In this document: positions 49,801 to 61,540 of the stretch, one piece after another
How the letters are laid out: each line of letters opens with the position of its first letter
Position numbering within the stretch: position 1 is the first letter of the stretch
NCBI GenBank assembly: GCA_002269645.1
Contig: NIVC01001340.1
Span: 310,001 to 374,000, forward strand
Reading direction: 5' to 3'
Length of the DNA: 64,000 nucleotides
Origin: Macrostomum lignano
Taxonomy: Eukaryota
The notes under the pieces: generated by a model
What the model saw: only the letters and a program-made list of their open reading frames with translations
The model's database searches: none
What the model was told of the DNA's origin: nothing
Made by a program: the position numbers and the translations under genes

Positions 49801-50859
49801 TTAAGACTTTGCCCCGCCCTGCTGGCCGCCGCGGCCGCTGGCCAGCCGGGCATCTCTCTCCTGCTCGTAGCGCCTGTAGTCGGCCCGCTCCAAGAAGGCC
49901 TGCCGGTCCAAGTAGCCGGACTTGCCTCGGTTGTACGCGGCCAGATCTTCGCCGATGCCTTCGCTAGATTTGAAGGATTCCCAGTCTAGCCGGGACTTCT
50001 CCAGCGTTGACAATTTCGGCCGCTTAGTCAGCCGGTCAAGGAGGCTGGTCACGCCTTTGGGGGCGGCGGCTGCCGGGCGCTTCGTTGAACAGCCCGACGA
50101 CGGAGAAGCGATTGGAACGGCCACCGACTCGCCCGCGAATTCGAATATTTTGGTAGCTTGAGTAGCTGTAGCGCTTTTCGAGGCGTCAGTGGTCGCCTTA
50201 GTAACCAAATCTGTATTCTTAGCAACGTTGTCGGTCGCCTTAGCAACGGTATCTGTTACCTTAGCAACGGTGTCGGTTGCCTTAGCAACGGTATCGGTTG
50301 TCTTAGCAACGGTGTCGGTTGCCTTAGCAACGGTATCTGTTTCCTTAGCAACGGTATCTGTTTCCTTAGCAACGGTGTCGGTTGCCTTAGCAACGGACGA
50401 GGAAGCGGGCTTGGCAGGCCGAACGTCGGCCAAGAAGCTGGCCCAAAGAGCATCGGCTCGGCGTTTCTCCTGTTCATCTGCTACATCAGCCGCCGGCTCA
50501 TCAAGTCCAGCCGTTGTTAGTGATGAAGAGGGAGTCGGCTTAGCGGGCGCTTCATCTTCAGCCTCTCCCTCCAGTCGGATTCCACCCCGTCTAAATCTGT
50601 TAACCCGACCGGGAAGCTCCACCTTCTTAGCTTGAGTTTTTGACTTCTTTGTTGTTTGTTGCTTTTTACTGCTTGAATTATCACCGGCTCCATTTAATCC
50701 AGCTTCCTCGTTTGGATTCTCTTCATCATCATCTTCATCATCAACATCATCATCGTCATCAAGCTCCTTCTCGTCGGGCACGTACTCGGAATCGTCGCTC
50801 GAATCGTCGTCCTGATCTGAGTCCAACTGGCGCTTGTCAGCAAAGAATAACGCAGCCAT
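49801..50859 (-). CDS. CFDP1: Craniofacial development protein 1 / BCNT (Swc5) homologue, single exon
   Basis: Acidic N-terminus DSSDDSEYVPD, KIFEFAGESV and BCNT-C domain KLSTLEKSRLDWESFK..GKSGYLDRQAFLERADYRRYEQER. Confidence 0.93.
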   Translation of the reverse strand: MAALFFADKRQLDSDQDDDSSDDSEYVPDEKELDDDDDVDDEDDDEENPNEEAGLNGAGDNSSSKKQQTTKKSKTQAKKVELPGRVNRFRRGGIRLEGEAEDEAPAKPTPSSSLTTAGLDEPAADVADEQEKRRADALWASFLADVRPAKPASSSVAKATDTVAKETDTVAKETDTVAKATDTVAKTTDTVAKATDTVAKVTDTVAKATDNVAKNTDLVTKATTDASKSATATQATKIFEFAGESVAVPIASPSSGCSTKRPAAAAPKGVTSLLDRLTKRPKLSTLEKSRLDWESFKSSEGIGEDLAAYNRGKSGYLDRQAFLERADYRRYEQERDARLASGRGGQQGGAKS

Positions 50860-51879
50860 TATTGGTATTCACTGACGGGTTTCTCTGGATTCGCTGAAGT
50901 TGGCACATGCACAGATGACGGTTAGTATAACTGTGAGCAGTCAGTGGATTCGTCATCAAATCAAGAAAACAGCTGACCCGCAGTCAGCGAGAAGGCAAGC
51001 ACATAGCTACATGCCCATTCTGCTGACCCCTGAGCAATCATACACACGCTCACACAGGGTGTACAGCGGCCCAGACTTTCTAATCGTGAGGAATGTAGGC
51101 AACACAATTAGTAAAAAACTACTAATCAGATAACGAGGTAATTACGTATTTAATTAAAAGCAATAGTTACTCCCGCCGTTTACCTCTACTAGCCTAGACC
51201 ACAACAGTCATTTTAGTTAATTAATATTAAAGATAGGAAGGACTAAAGGACTAAATATAAGCTTTAACCAGACGCTTTGTAGGCAACTGCTGGCTAAAGG
51301 CAGTTGATAGATAGCTGGACCTCTAACTGACTGGACAGACAGAGAAAGAGAGAAAATCTTGTCAGTTTGTGTGCTCGAAAAGTGAGGAGAGTCAGAGAGG
51401 GGAGGGTGAGAGAGAGAGAGAGCACGATCATGCGCGAACTCAAACAGCATAGCATTTGGAAGCTTTTGGATTTAATCTGACTATTGCTAAGTGTTTACAC
51501 AATACCCTGTAGGGGTTAGCAGTGAATGGAGAAGCGGACAGGACTCTAGAGCTCATATGCGCGAGTGAATTATCTGCCTACCAAACTTATTTCGTAGGTT
51601 TCACGTAAAGTGCACGAGACTGTACAAAAATATAGTACAATAAAATAAAAAAACGTTCAAATAATCTCACATAAGAGACCATACAGTCTCATGGAAACAC
51701 TGTCTAATACAGTAGTATTAAATTAAATAGAATACCTAGCTAATTATAATAAATAGTGATAAGTTGAACTGGGCCACAACTTGATACAAAAACCTACAAT
51801 CAATACAATGCCATAAGCCCATAATGCTACTGCTACCTGACTACTAATTAAGTAGAGTGAATTAAGGTTTTTCGATGGG

Positions 51880-52260
51880 ACACTGCTATCTGACCTGACC
51901 TACAGGTCCTTCATTTGGGTCAACTGCTACCTAAACTACAGGTCCTTCATTTGGGTGTTGGGTCAACTGCTACCTGAACTACAGGTCCTTTATTTGGATC
52001 AAATTGCTACCTGAACTACAGGTCCTTCATTTGGGTGTTGGGTCAACTGCTACCTGAACTACAGGTCCTTCATTTGGATCAAATTGCTACCTGAACTACA
52101 GGTCCTTCATTTGGGTCAACTGCTACCTGACCTACAACTCCTTTATTTGGGTCAACTGCTACTTGACCTACAGGTCCTTCATTTCGGTCAACTGTTACCT
52201 ACCTGACCTACAGGTACTTCATTTGGGTAAACTGCTACTTGACTTATAGGTCTTTCATTT
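51880..52260. repeat. ~36-bp minisatellite (gggtcaactgctacctgaactacaggtccttcattt)
   Basis: About 10 imperfect copies. Confidence 0.88.
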
Positions 52261-53721
52261 TTTCAACTGCCATTTGACTTATAATTATAAATTCTTCATT
52301 TTTGGTCAATTTCTAATAGAAAGATAGGATTCCTAAAATCTTAAGAAAGATTCTGGTCTTTTATTTAGATCAACTATTACTTAGCTTTCGGGTCAGGTTT
52401 ATAATGATTGCTTATTCAAATAATAACTTATTTAAGACATTTTCTCCAAAAAACATTATATTTAATTATTTAATCCCAATAACAAATGGAATAAGATACA
52501 AGGCTATGTAACATAGCAATAAAGTAAATATTGATAAAAAATAATTATATTTGATATACATAATTATATGATTATTTTAATGATTATGAGGTTCTATTCT
52601 AAATAGATCTAGCTTTGAATTTTGAAATATGCTAAAAATTGAAATATTTTCAGATTTATATTTGATTTATATCTAAAAATATTATATAAAATTTAGAACT
52701 TGATATTAAACTGACTGAGTGACTCTAAGTAAGCTTTTCTATTATACATTTCTTCTATGTTTGTTTATATAAATATATTATAACAGTTATAGTTTTTGTT
52801 ATTATGGATATTCCTAGACCTAGGCCTAATAATATTAGTAATATATATATTTTATAATTTATAGTTATTTATATTAAAATTATGAAAATTTAGTTGTTGT
52901 AGTTCTACTATGGCTATATAGTAGAGGTTGGACAGTATTGAAATCTTTGGATAGGGCCTAAAATTGGGATTGGGAATAATTTATTCTCGGGATAGGGATT
53001 TGGGAATTGGGATCAAGTCTTTCAATGTATTGTCCATATAAACAAAATTGAGCAAAAAATTTCAAGATCAAAAAGTGAAACACAAAATTGATGCAAAGTT
53101 TTGTAACCAAAAAGTAATAACATAATGAGTACAAGTTAAAACAAAATACATTCAAGCAAGTAATCACAAGGCCTAATTAGATAAATTTTTAATCAGAAGA
53201 CCTGTTCCCAATTCTCATGTTTTTAGGGCCAGGATTCTGGTCCTGTGAGAATCCAATTTTCCTTGGGATCCCAAGATTTTGGGATTGGGATTAGGATCCT
53301 ATCTAATTTCTATTATGTAGAATAATTTATTTTATATTATAAATGAAGTTAAGTTTTAGTGTGTTTTACTAAGAAGGCCCCTAACTTATTTATTACTAGG
53401 CCTAAGCAAGATTTAATATTAGTAAGGGCCTAAGTTGGTAGGCCTAGGCTTAATGCTTATTACTATTATTATTAGACTATCCTAATTAATTAATTTAATA
53501 TAATAATAGTTTTGAATAATTAAAAATTTAACTAAGCTTTACTTAGTTATTATATAAAATAAATTATTCTTAATTTGCATTTTTGCCTAATAAATTTATA
53601 ATATTTAGTAGGCCTAGTACTGTCTATAGTAAAAAAGCCTAGGTAGTAGCCTGTCTTAGAAGAAACAATTCTTGTTAAAATGTTTTAATACAACTATTTC
53701 AATAACAATAACAACTATTCA

Positions 53722-54019
53722 CATACATGCGCAACAGTCGGCCGAGTCGGCCGATCCGGCCGACCGATTTGGCGGCCAATCAAGGAAGTCGCAAAAATGC
53801 CCACCCAAAAAATAACCTGAAGAGTAGTACTAAGTAGCTGACGAGGCATTTTAGGTTAATAAAACAGTCATAGTTACTCCTGCCGTTTACCCAAAGTTGC
53901 GTTAATTTTGCTTTCGGGTTTTTTTATATGTAAGTCGCATTTTTGGCCAAAAACTACGTCGCATTTTTGTTAAAACTAAGTCGCACGGCTGACCGAATTT
54001 TGGAGGTTGCACATGTATG
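53722..54019. mobile_element. hAT-type MITE (298 bp)
   Basis: TIR catacatgcgcaac / gttgcacatgtatg; perfect 8-bp TSD actattca (53714-53721, 54020-54027). Confidence 0.85.
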
Positions 54020-54382
54020 ACTATTCAATTTATAATTTATATAATTATACATCTTTTCTCTGAACCATCAGATTCAACATACATTTATAGATAGATAGAA
54101 TTAGGAATTTTAGTTTATTTCAGTTTTACACTTTTACTGATTAATTTTCTTCTTTTTATCTACTATCTATACTTTTAAAAAAAATTAATGGCATTATGAA
54201 AACATAATAAACAATAAATCAAATAAATTTTGGTTTTTAACATTACAAAAACATAAATCATAAAAGCATAGGGGGGGGGGCTATCTATAACTGTAGGAGG
54301 GCTTGGAGGTGTTGGAAGGAACAGACAGTGCTCTGACATGAGGAAAATCACTTTTAAATTATTCTCTGCTTGCGTTTGAATC

Positions 54383-54561
54383 CAGGGGTGGATTCAGAGG
54401 GGGGCAAGGGGGGCGGCCCCCCCTCAGCCGCGGCCAAAAAAATGTTGATCATACTTTTTGGCCCGCTACTATGCCAGGTCTATTTTCCAATATGGGGTTG
54501 CAGTGCTTGGTATAACTTGGCCGTTGGCCCCCTCCTCAAAAAATTTCTGGATCCGCGCCTG
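54383..54561. mobile_element. hAT-type MITE (179 bp)
   Basis: TIR caggggtggattcag / ctggatccgcgcctg (12/15 match); perfect 8-bp TSD tttgaatc (54375-54382, 54562-54569). Confidence 0.88.
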
Positions 54562-55624
54562 TTTGAATCAGTGCCAGAATTTCCGGGAGTCAAAGTCAAT
54601 TAGAACAAACTGCCGGTGCTATGGAAGCTCGGGCTGCTGACTTCATCAAGCTCAGTGTGAGGGTAGCTGTGGTCGTGGCGGAGTGGTTGAGTTTCATGTC
54701 CTTTTAAATGCCGGCCAGACAGGATTACTCAAAAGCTGAAGAGAAAACAAATGATTTATTCAATACTTAGTAGAATTTTCGGATGTGTTCCTTTTAGTAG
54801 GTCACTGCTTCCACCACGATAATTCGCGGGAAAATATCCTAAGACTTGCATGGTACGTTAGCTCGTACACTCGAACTAGTCTATATAAGAACTCTTCCTA
54901 ATTTAGATCGTTGAGATTGAAGTGCTTTCCGAGCTGCAGGGTCACGAATTGTATCTAGGACATTGATTTCAGTCGGCCCAACGAAAGCGCGCACATGTAT
55001 TTTACGGCTGAATTTATTGAAGTTATATCAACGTCACGGCAAGTTAAGATTATAATTGTAACATAATGGGCTGCAGTTGGAATTAAGGTGAAGCTAGCTG
55101 AAGTCGACCATGCAACAAGGATCAGATATAAATCAGGCTTATGTACATATTTATGCAGCTGTAACTGCATGTAACATGTTGGGGACCTCGGGAATCGGGA
55201 TATTAAGGAAAGGGGTGGTTCCACGATCGAGTCTGGCCAATAAGGCGGGCGAGCGCAGACTTTTTATAGACTTTCATGAGCCACCAGCAGGTGGGAAAAG
55301 GGTTTACACCTTGGTCATGGGATCTTTTTAGCGAGTGAAACGCGTGGGACCACCCAGAAGGGCCAATGAAAACAAAGGAGAAAACAAAATTGAAGGAGTG
55401 GATGCGCGCGCCTTGAGTGGAGAAAAGAATTTTCACTTGGAGAATTTTCACACGGAAGAAAAATTATTTGAATGGTAGGAGCGTAGTAGGTTACATATTT
55501 TACTACGCGTAAAATTTATCGTTACACACCGCGATCGTGTGGCAGAAGTTACACCCAGTGGGGGGGCCACAGCCTTGCACAGTATAAAGGGGCCTCGATC
55601 GTTTTATTCATTCAATTTTAATTC

Positions 55625-55790
55625 AGTCACTATAAATTTAAATGTGAAAGTATTTCCAAATACTAAAAATGGTCTGTCGGTAGGTATGTGGGTATATGGG
55701 TATGTGATCGATTTTAGCCAAAATGGCTGGACCGATTTTCTGTCCTATACTCGCACAATAATATTCGTATACTCGTAGATTAGAAAGAAA
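55625..55790 (+). mobile_element. Possible Helitron-like non-autonomous fragment
   Basis: tcactataaatttaaatgtgaaag...gtatgtg repeats...aaatggctggaccgattttc resembles Helitron/HINE 5' regions recalled from other animals; no 3' hairpin found. Confidence 0.3.
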
Positions 55791-56949
55791 ACTTAAGTAG
55801 AAACTTGTAAAACAAGACTGCTGGCTGCATTCTTTCGTAGTTACGAATGTGCATGCTCCTGAGTTGGAAGTATCATTATGCTGAGTCGAGCAGTAAAATG
55901 TCCTAGAATGCCAATGCAAATATGCCAATTCGCAGACAGGCAAACATGGACGACATGTATATATGTTCTAAAGTGTTTTGATACTCGTACTGTCTAAAAT
56001 TATTGAAAGAAATTATCCTATTTCTTGTAATGTCACATTACTGTATACCACCGGTACTCGTACAATTTACATGTATGCATACACATTGCATGCACAGTAT
56101 ACATACTGTATGGTACCGTGCATATGCAATTCTACCTTCAACCACAAAAGCACTTGCTCATATAATTTACCATTCATTGGTGAAACGGTCTCGTACAGTA
56201 CCAAGGACTACTAGACGAAGTGTTCCTAGTGGTCCTTGTACAGTACATGTAGGCTAATTGCATTATTGTGTATCCATGCACACTCTGTATACCTATATAA
56301 GCAGGTCAAGAAATCATAACCTGGTAGAGAGGCGAGAGAGAGAGAGAGAGAGAAGACAGAGAGAGAGAGAGAGAGAGAGATGGAGAGAGAGAGTTGAGAG
56401 TGTGTAGAGAGGCGAGAGTGGGCGAGAGGTGAGAGTCGACAATTCATACAATTTTTTAACGGTGGAGAGAGGCGACTGAACATGGGTAATACGTGGTAAT
56501 TAAAACACTGGGTCTAACCCCTGATAAGGACGAGTGGATGGGGTATATGATGGGTCATGGGTAAGGTTATCGTTATGGCTTTCTTACCATATATATAAAA
56601 GGAGAGTTAGATTCGGTTGATTCTCGTCATTGACAGAACCAGTACGCGACAGTTAAGTTTGGTTATCTAAAATTAATTTGTCTGTTTGTCGTACTCTGTC
56701 CTATCCGGTGGTAAGCAGTTTTTCTGTTCCAGTACCTGCTATTCGACTAAATCTGTATTAATGAAGTATTAAAAAAAATTCGAAAACCATCGACGACCTG
56801 GCGTCCTAGTAACTACGTAACGGTGCGAGCATGCTAGCACTAAACGAGCGAACTCAAGCGCAGCGTGTGCGAGAGACGACGAAGAGTTAAAACGGAGGAA
56901 AACGTTCTAGCAGGAGCGGGAGGCCCCTGCGGCGGGGCGGGAGAGGGCG

Positions 56950-57660
56950 CGCCACAGACGGCCTGTGGACACGACGGAACCGGACCGCCTCTTGACCGCT
57001 AGGATGAAGTCGGTCGACGCGAGAACCCTTCGGAAGACACAATCGCGTCCGGCGGGGGATCTAGAGGTCGACTGCCACTGGACGAGACGGCGATGTAGCG
57101 CGTGCGTGCGGACCATTCGTCCGAGGCCAGGAAGAGGTCGGAGGCTAGGATGCAGGTGCGGCAGAGCAAAGACGTGGTTCGGTGGCCGCGGGGGGAGGGT
57201 CGCTTCTGAAGCACGTCGACCGGGAGGCGCCTCGGTTTGCAGCTGAAGGATAGCGAGCGCCCGGACGGACAGCCGAAGTAGACCGACGACCTTCGACCGG
57301 GAAGGTTTCCGGTTGGTCAAGCCCAGCTACGGCGTACAGCAGGAAGACGGTGGACAAGCTTCTCAGTGGCGAGACGTGATCCACCAGAGTGGACGTGGAC
57401 AGTGGTCGGTCCCAACTCAGGGACCGACCACTGCGGCGAGAAACCGATGCGGCGCCTCCGCTCGAGAGTCGTTCCGTCAAGTAGTCGACGGAAACACGCA
57501 CAGACCGACGCACGCTGTAAGGTCGACGCCCAAAAAGGCCGGTTTCGTAGGCCGCACCCCCCCGTCGAAGACGGTAGTTTAGCCGAACAGTCTTAGACTG
57601 TAAGCCGGGGAACCTCCGACCTCTATCCTGCGACAAGAGACGATGAAAGATGGTCGAGAT
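56950..57660. pseudogene. Degenerate tyrosine recombinase (DIRS/Crypton-like), readable only in the unreversed complement
   Basis: Decoded fragments: RSYFSQLRSWEAFC, LLCRYIAHARL..SLRSYVHAVSFLH, FSGQSIRRGGAASA, GLSESDIRPLGGWR*DAVLCY; frameshifts and stop. Confidence 0.8.
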
Positions 57661-58258
57661 GGGACAGCGCGGCGGTCGCCGCGAGGTGAAGAAAATACCG
57701 AAGCGTCGACGTTCGACGTAGGTAGGTTAAGACGAAAGGTACGAAAATCAGGAAGAGGAAGGGAAGTAATCTCAACTCTAGGCGAAAGAGCCGGCGGCGG
57801 TCAAAAAGGCGTTGGTGAAACGAAACGAACCGAGGAAGGCCGCACAAATCGTATTTCAAAGCGGATTTGTGTAAATCTGTCCGTAAATGTGTTTAGCCTT
57901 CGCACGAAGCCTTCATAGCCTTCAGCTAGAGAAAACAATTATAAGTATCGATCGAAGATTTTTGCCGAGTAGTCTTTTTTATGAGCAAAACTGGTTTACT
58001 TTCACCGTGTTTCGTCTGTAAGGATGACGTCATTTGGTCGCAGTAATTTTGCTACATGTCGTCGAGTAATTCCTTGTCGGGAGGAAGATTTTTAAGACAT
58101 TGACGCGGTTTTGGAGTGAATAAAGTTAACCTGCCACCGTCGCGGCGGTTACCGTCTGTAACGTCTGTTAACACTGCGCTTACTCGATTTTATCTATTTA
58201 TGCTCATCGTCGTCTTACGCCGCGAGAGGCGTAAGGTGTCGTGGCTATGGCTCGGCTT

Positions 58259-59347
58259 TACCTTCGAGAAACCTCTTAGAATTGTCGCTAACGTCGTCAA
58301 GACTACGTCTTGAAGCCGGAACTACTTTGACTTGGCCTCTAGGACTCTCTGTAAGCCAAGCCTTTGTGTTCTTTTTAAAACGCTATGGATGTCTTAGGAA
58401 GATTGCAATTATCCGACAAGTCGTAGTTACTCTACCGTAAGAGTGGCGAAGTGAAACGTACACTTTACCCGTTTCAGTTTTAACAGTTTAACAAGTAAGT
58501 TTGGGCTCGACTGCAGCTCGTCATTGCTCGTCAGTTGCTTTGTGACCGCTCAGTGGAGATATATGACGTAGTGTAATACCGGTTGTGGTTTCAACACTCG
58601 TATGAGTAGTTTCGTGTTCGACTGTAGTTAGAAGTTCTTCAGCTACCGACGAGTGGAGATATGTAACGTAGTGTTTTACCAGTGGTGGTTCAACACTCGA
58701 ATGAGTAGTTTCGTGTTCGACTGCAGTTAGAAGTTCTTTTACAAGTACCGAGAAGTGAAGAGATGTAACGTAGTGTTTTACCAGTGGTAATTCAACACTC
58801 GAGTGAGTAGCTTCTTCTTCAACTGCAGTTAGAAGTTGCTTTGTGACCGCTCAGTGGAGAGATGTAACGTAGTGTAAAACCAGTGGTGGTTCAACATGCG
58901 CGTGAGTAGTTTCGTGTTCGACTGCAGTTAGAAGTTGCTTTGTGACCGCTCAGTGGAGAGATGTAACGTAGTGTTTTACCAGTGGTGGTTCAACACTCGA
59001 GTGAGTAGTTCCGTGTTCGACTGCAGTTAGAAGTTGCTTTGTGACCGCTCAGTGGAGAGATGTAACGTAGTGTAATACCGGTTGTGGTTCAACACTCGTA
59101 TGAGTAGTTTCGTGTTCGACTGCAGTTAGAAGTTCTTCAGCTACCGACGAGTGGAGAGATGTACCGTAGTGTATTACCGGTAATGGTTCAACACTCGAGT
59201 GAGTAATTTCGTGTTCGGATGCAGTTAGAAGTTCATTTGTGACCGCTCAGTGGAGAGATGTAACGTAATGTCTTACCAGTGGTGGTTCAACACTCGTGTG
59301 AGTAGTTTCGTGTCCGACTGCAGTTACAATGACCTCACGACGGGATT
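58259..59347. pseudogene. Ankyrin-repeat ORF (9 x 33 aa, 99-bp units) with stops and frameshift, readable only in the unreversed complement
   Basis: MEALWRILTAIAAVLMQNFG..SPLHFACEMG, then units such as DVNLQRNTGESPLYIASQNGHHQVVSSLIKAQA. Lesions near 58520-58590 and a TAA near 58790. Confidence 0.92.
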
Positions 59348-59419
59348 CGATGTATTTATTCAGTTAATTGGGAAGATCTTCACGTACAAAGATGGTTTGT
59401 TGACTGTAAATTCTACGTC

Positions 59420-61540
59420 AGGCTAGCTTAGTCTCGACTCGCTCGTCGACGTGAGTCGTGACCTCGTCAGTCCGAAGTGGCTTAGGGCTCGGCGTAACGT
59501 CTCGCGTCGACGACTACGGGACGTCGTCTAATATTCTTCACCTGGTTTGTTACTACTGAATTAAAAACAGCAGCCGTCGATGAGTCTTCCGACCCCGTTG
59601 TCGGACTGCTGTGACCTGCCGTCTTGACTGCGGTTAAGGCTGTAACTACACTACGTCAACTAAGGGCCGGCTCTTATGGTGGTCTCTCCGGACACGCTCA
59701 CGCTACCTCGAGGCCTCGTCGTTCTCAACCACTTGCCCGTGTAAGTCACGAATCCTAAGCCACTCAAGAGAAAACCCCTCACTCTACCAGACACAAGACA
59801 ATCAAGACAACACTAAAGATCTCTAAGACCGTCACATCTGCAAACGAAAGACACACGTTTCGTAACCACGTCTTTAATAGCGATTTACGTACCAGGGTAC
59901 GACATGCGAGTAATAAGTTGCGAAGCTTCAGTAATAAATTCCGATGATATTATGTAAGTACTCTGTTATACAGTTATACATCCAACTGTTACTAATTAAA
60001 AATACTCACCGCTTCGTGTGATGGTATTAACGGTTGGATGGTAACATTGTGCTATATTAGTACATAATTTAAGGTATCAGATACCGGTACAGAGTAGAGT
60101 GCATCTGTTACCTGTACCGGTATGTTTTTTGCCATATAATTTACATAAACATTGGCTTAGCAAAAATGTCGGAGGTTAGGACGAAAACGTTGTGGGCCTA
60201 AGTGTGACTCCGGTCGTGACCTGTTACAGAGGCGTACGGCAGAGACGGCGATGGGCGGGTAGCGCGGCGACGACGGTTTGGCGCAGAGGTTGTAGGGGGT
60301 AGGGCAGAACCTCCGGGAGGCCTTCCACGAGTGGAGGCGGAGTAACGGGACGGTGCACCACGTGCGTCGGAGAGGACTAGCTGTCCCACTTCTCGAGGCG
60401 CACTCGTGGTCGAAGGACCTCTTGGCCTACGACGCTTCAGAGAGATGGGACGTTCCAGTTGACAAGCAGTGTGAGTTCATGGACCAGTTCTTCCAGTAGA
60501 CAGTGTTCTTACCGAAGTTAGTCGTTCCGAACTTCAGGATGGTGCACTTCTGGTAGTGGAAGGCTTACCACCTGCTCTGCGGCCAGCTCGTCACCTTCTT
60601 CCTCTTGGAGCACTCAGAGTGCTCTGTCAGCGACGTCTACGACGAGCTGACACACCTCTTCTCGGCTCTCGTCCTGTCTGTTTGTGGACTGTGTGGACTG
60701 GCTAGAGCCCCAGCGTAGTACTTAGTAAAGAAAGAGTCGCTACACCGGTAGATGGAGTTCCCACGCCTGTTCCTCTCTCGCCTGGTCGTAAACCTGCCGT
60801 AGTACTCGTGTGACTCTTGTCATTAACTAGCCGACGGGGTCGACGACGTCGTCAAGTAGCCGTCAGAGTCTGGACACTCGCTGAGTCCGTGTAAGATGAA
60901 GGTGGGCAAGGTTTAGGCCGGCTTATACTCAGGCGACGGGGAGTGATTCAGGTCACGAGAGCTCATGATAGTCTAGATGCTGCACCACTCTCTCACAGAC
61001 CACGCAGAGAGAACGTCACTGACGTCGGGCGCTAGAGTCCTCAGCGAGTGTCTCGACTAACGGTCTGACGGTCTGACGCGGGAGAGTCGTGCCCTCCGAG
61101 AGTCTCGCGACCGAACGGACTTCAAGCCGCTGGCTCCTTGACGTCTCTCTCAGCACTCGAGCACGAGTTCAGTGAGCCACTCGTCTCCGTATCGAACCAG
61201 AGCACTCTTCAGCCGCTGACTTCGCTGACTCCTCAAGCACTACGCCGTAGACTCCTCGGCGCTGAGCCGCACCTTCAAAACGAAAGCCAACCTGGTCGCT
61301 GGCTTTGAGCTTAAGAACCGTCCTCGAGATTCCCGCACGAAAGGGGAGGCCAACAGTCCGTCATTGATAAAGATGTACTTGAAGCTGCGAGACGACACCC
61401 GAGACGCCGAGCTCGACGCCTGACTAGCTCTTCGAGCGCGAGTCCTGACCTAGGCCCTACACCGACTCTCTCTCCTGAGCCTACTCGTCCTCGACGTCCA
61501 ACGGCAAAAAATAAGAAGCTTAGGCCTCGTCAAAGACATT
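59420..61540. CDS. cGAS-like receptor / Mab-21 family nucleotidyltransferase, two exons, readable only in the unreversed complement
   Basis: Decoded exons ~59420-59760 and 60171-61540 (ttcg|gtgag ... ttttacag|cc, phase 1; second exon is 2 nt + 456 codons, open). NTase motif FVVGSYSEGWGNSL..DGRTDANSDIDVM; Mab-21 C-terminal LKSYHVKTITF..W and MNHFF. No in-frame ATG found at the start of the first exon. Confidence 0.88.

Noticed and set aside
48398-49967. Pro/Cys-rich overlapping ORFs
   Set aside because: All frames derive from a C-rich minisatellite with variable homopolymer lengths.
56907-57918. Arg-rich ORFs listed by the ORF track
   Set aside because: They lie in the mirror segment; the real coding signal is in the unreversed complement.
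58500-59330. Repeat with variable segments on the + strand, superficially CRISPR-like
   Set aside because: Period is 99 bp and the unreversed complement translates into ankyrin repeats.
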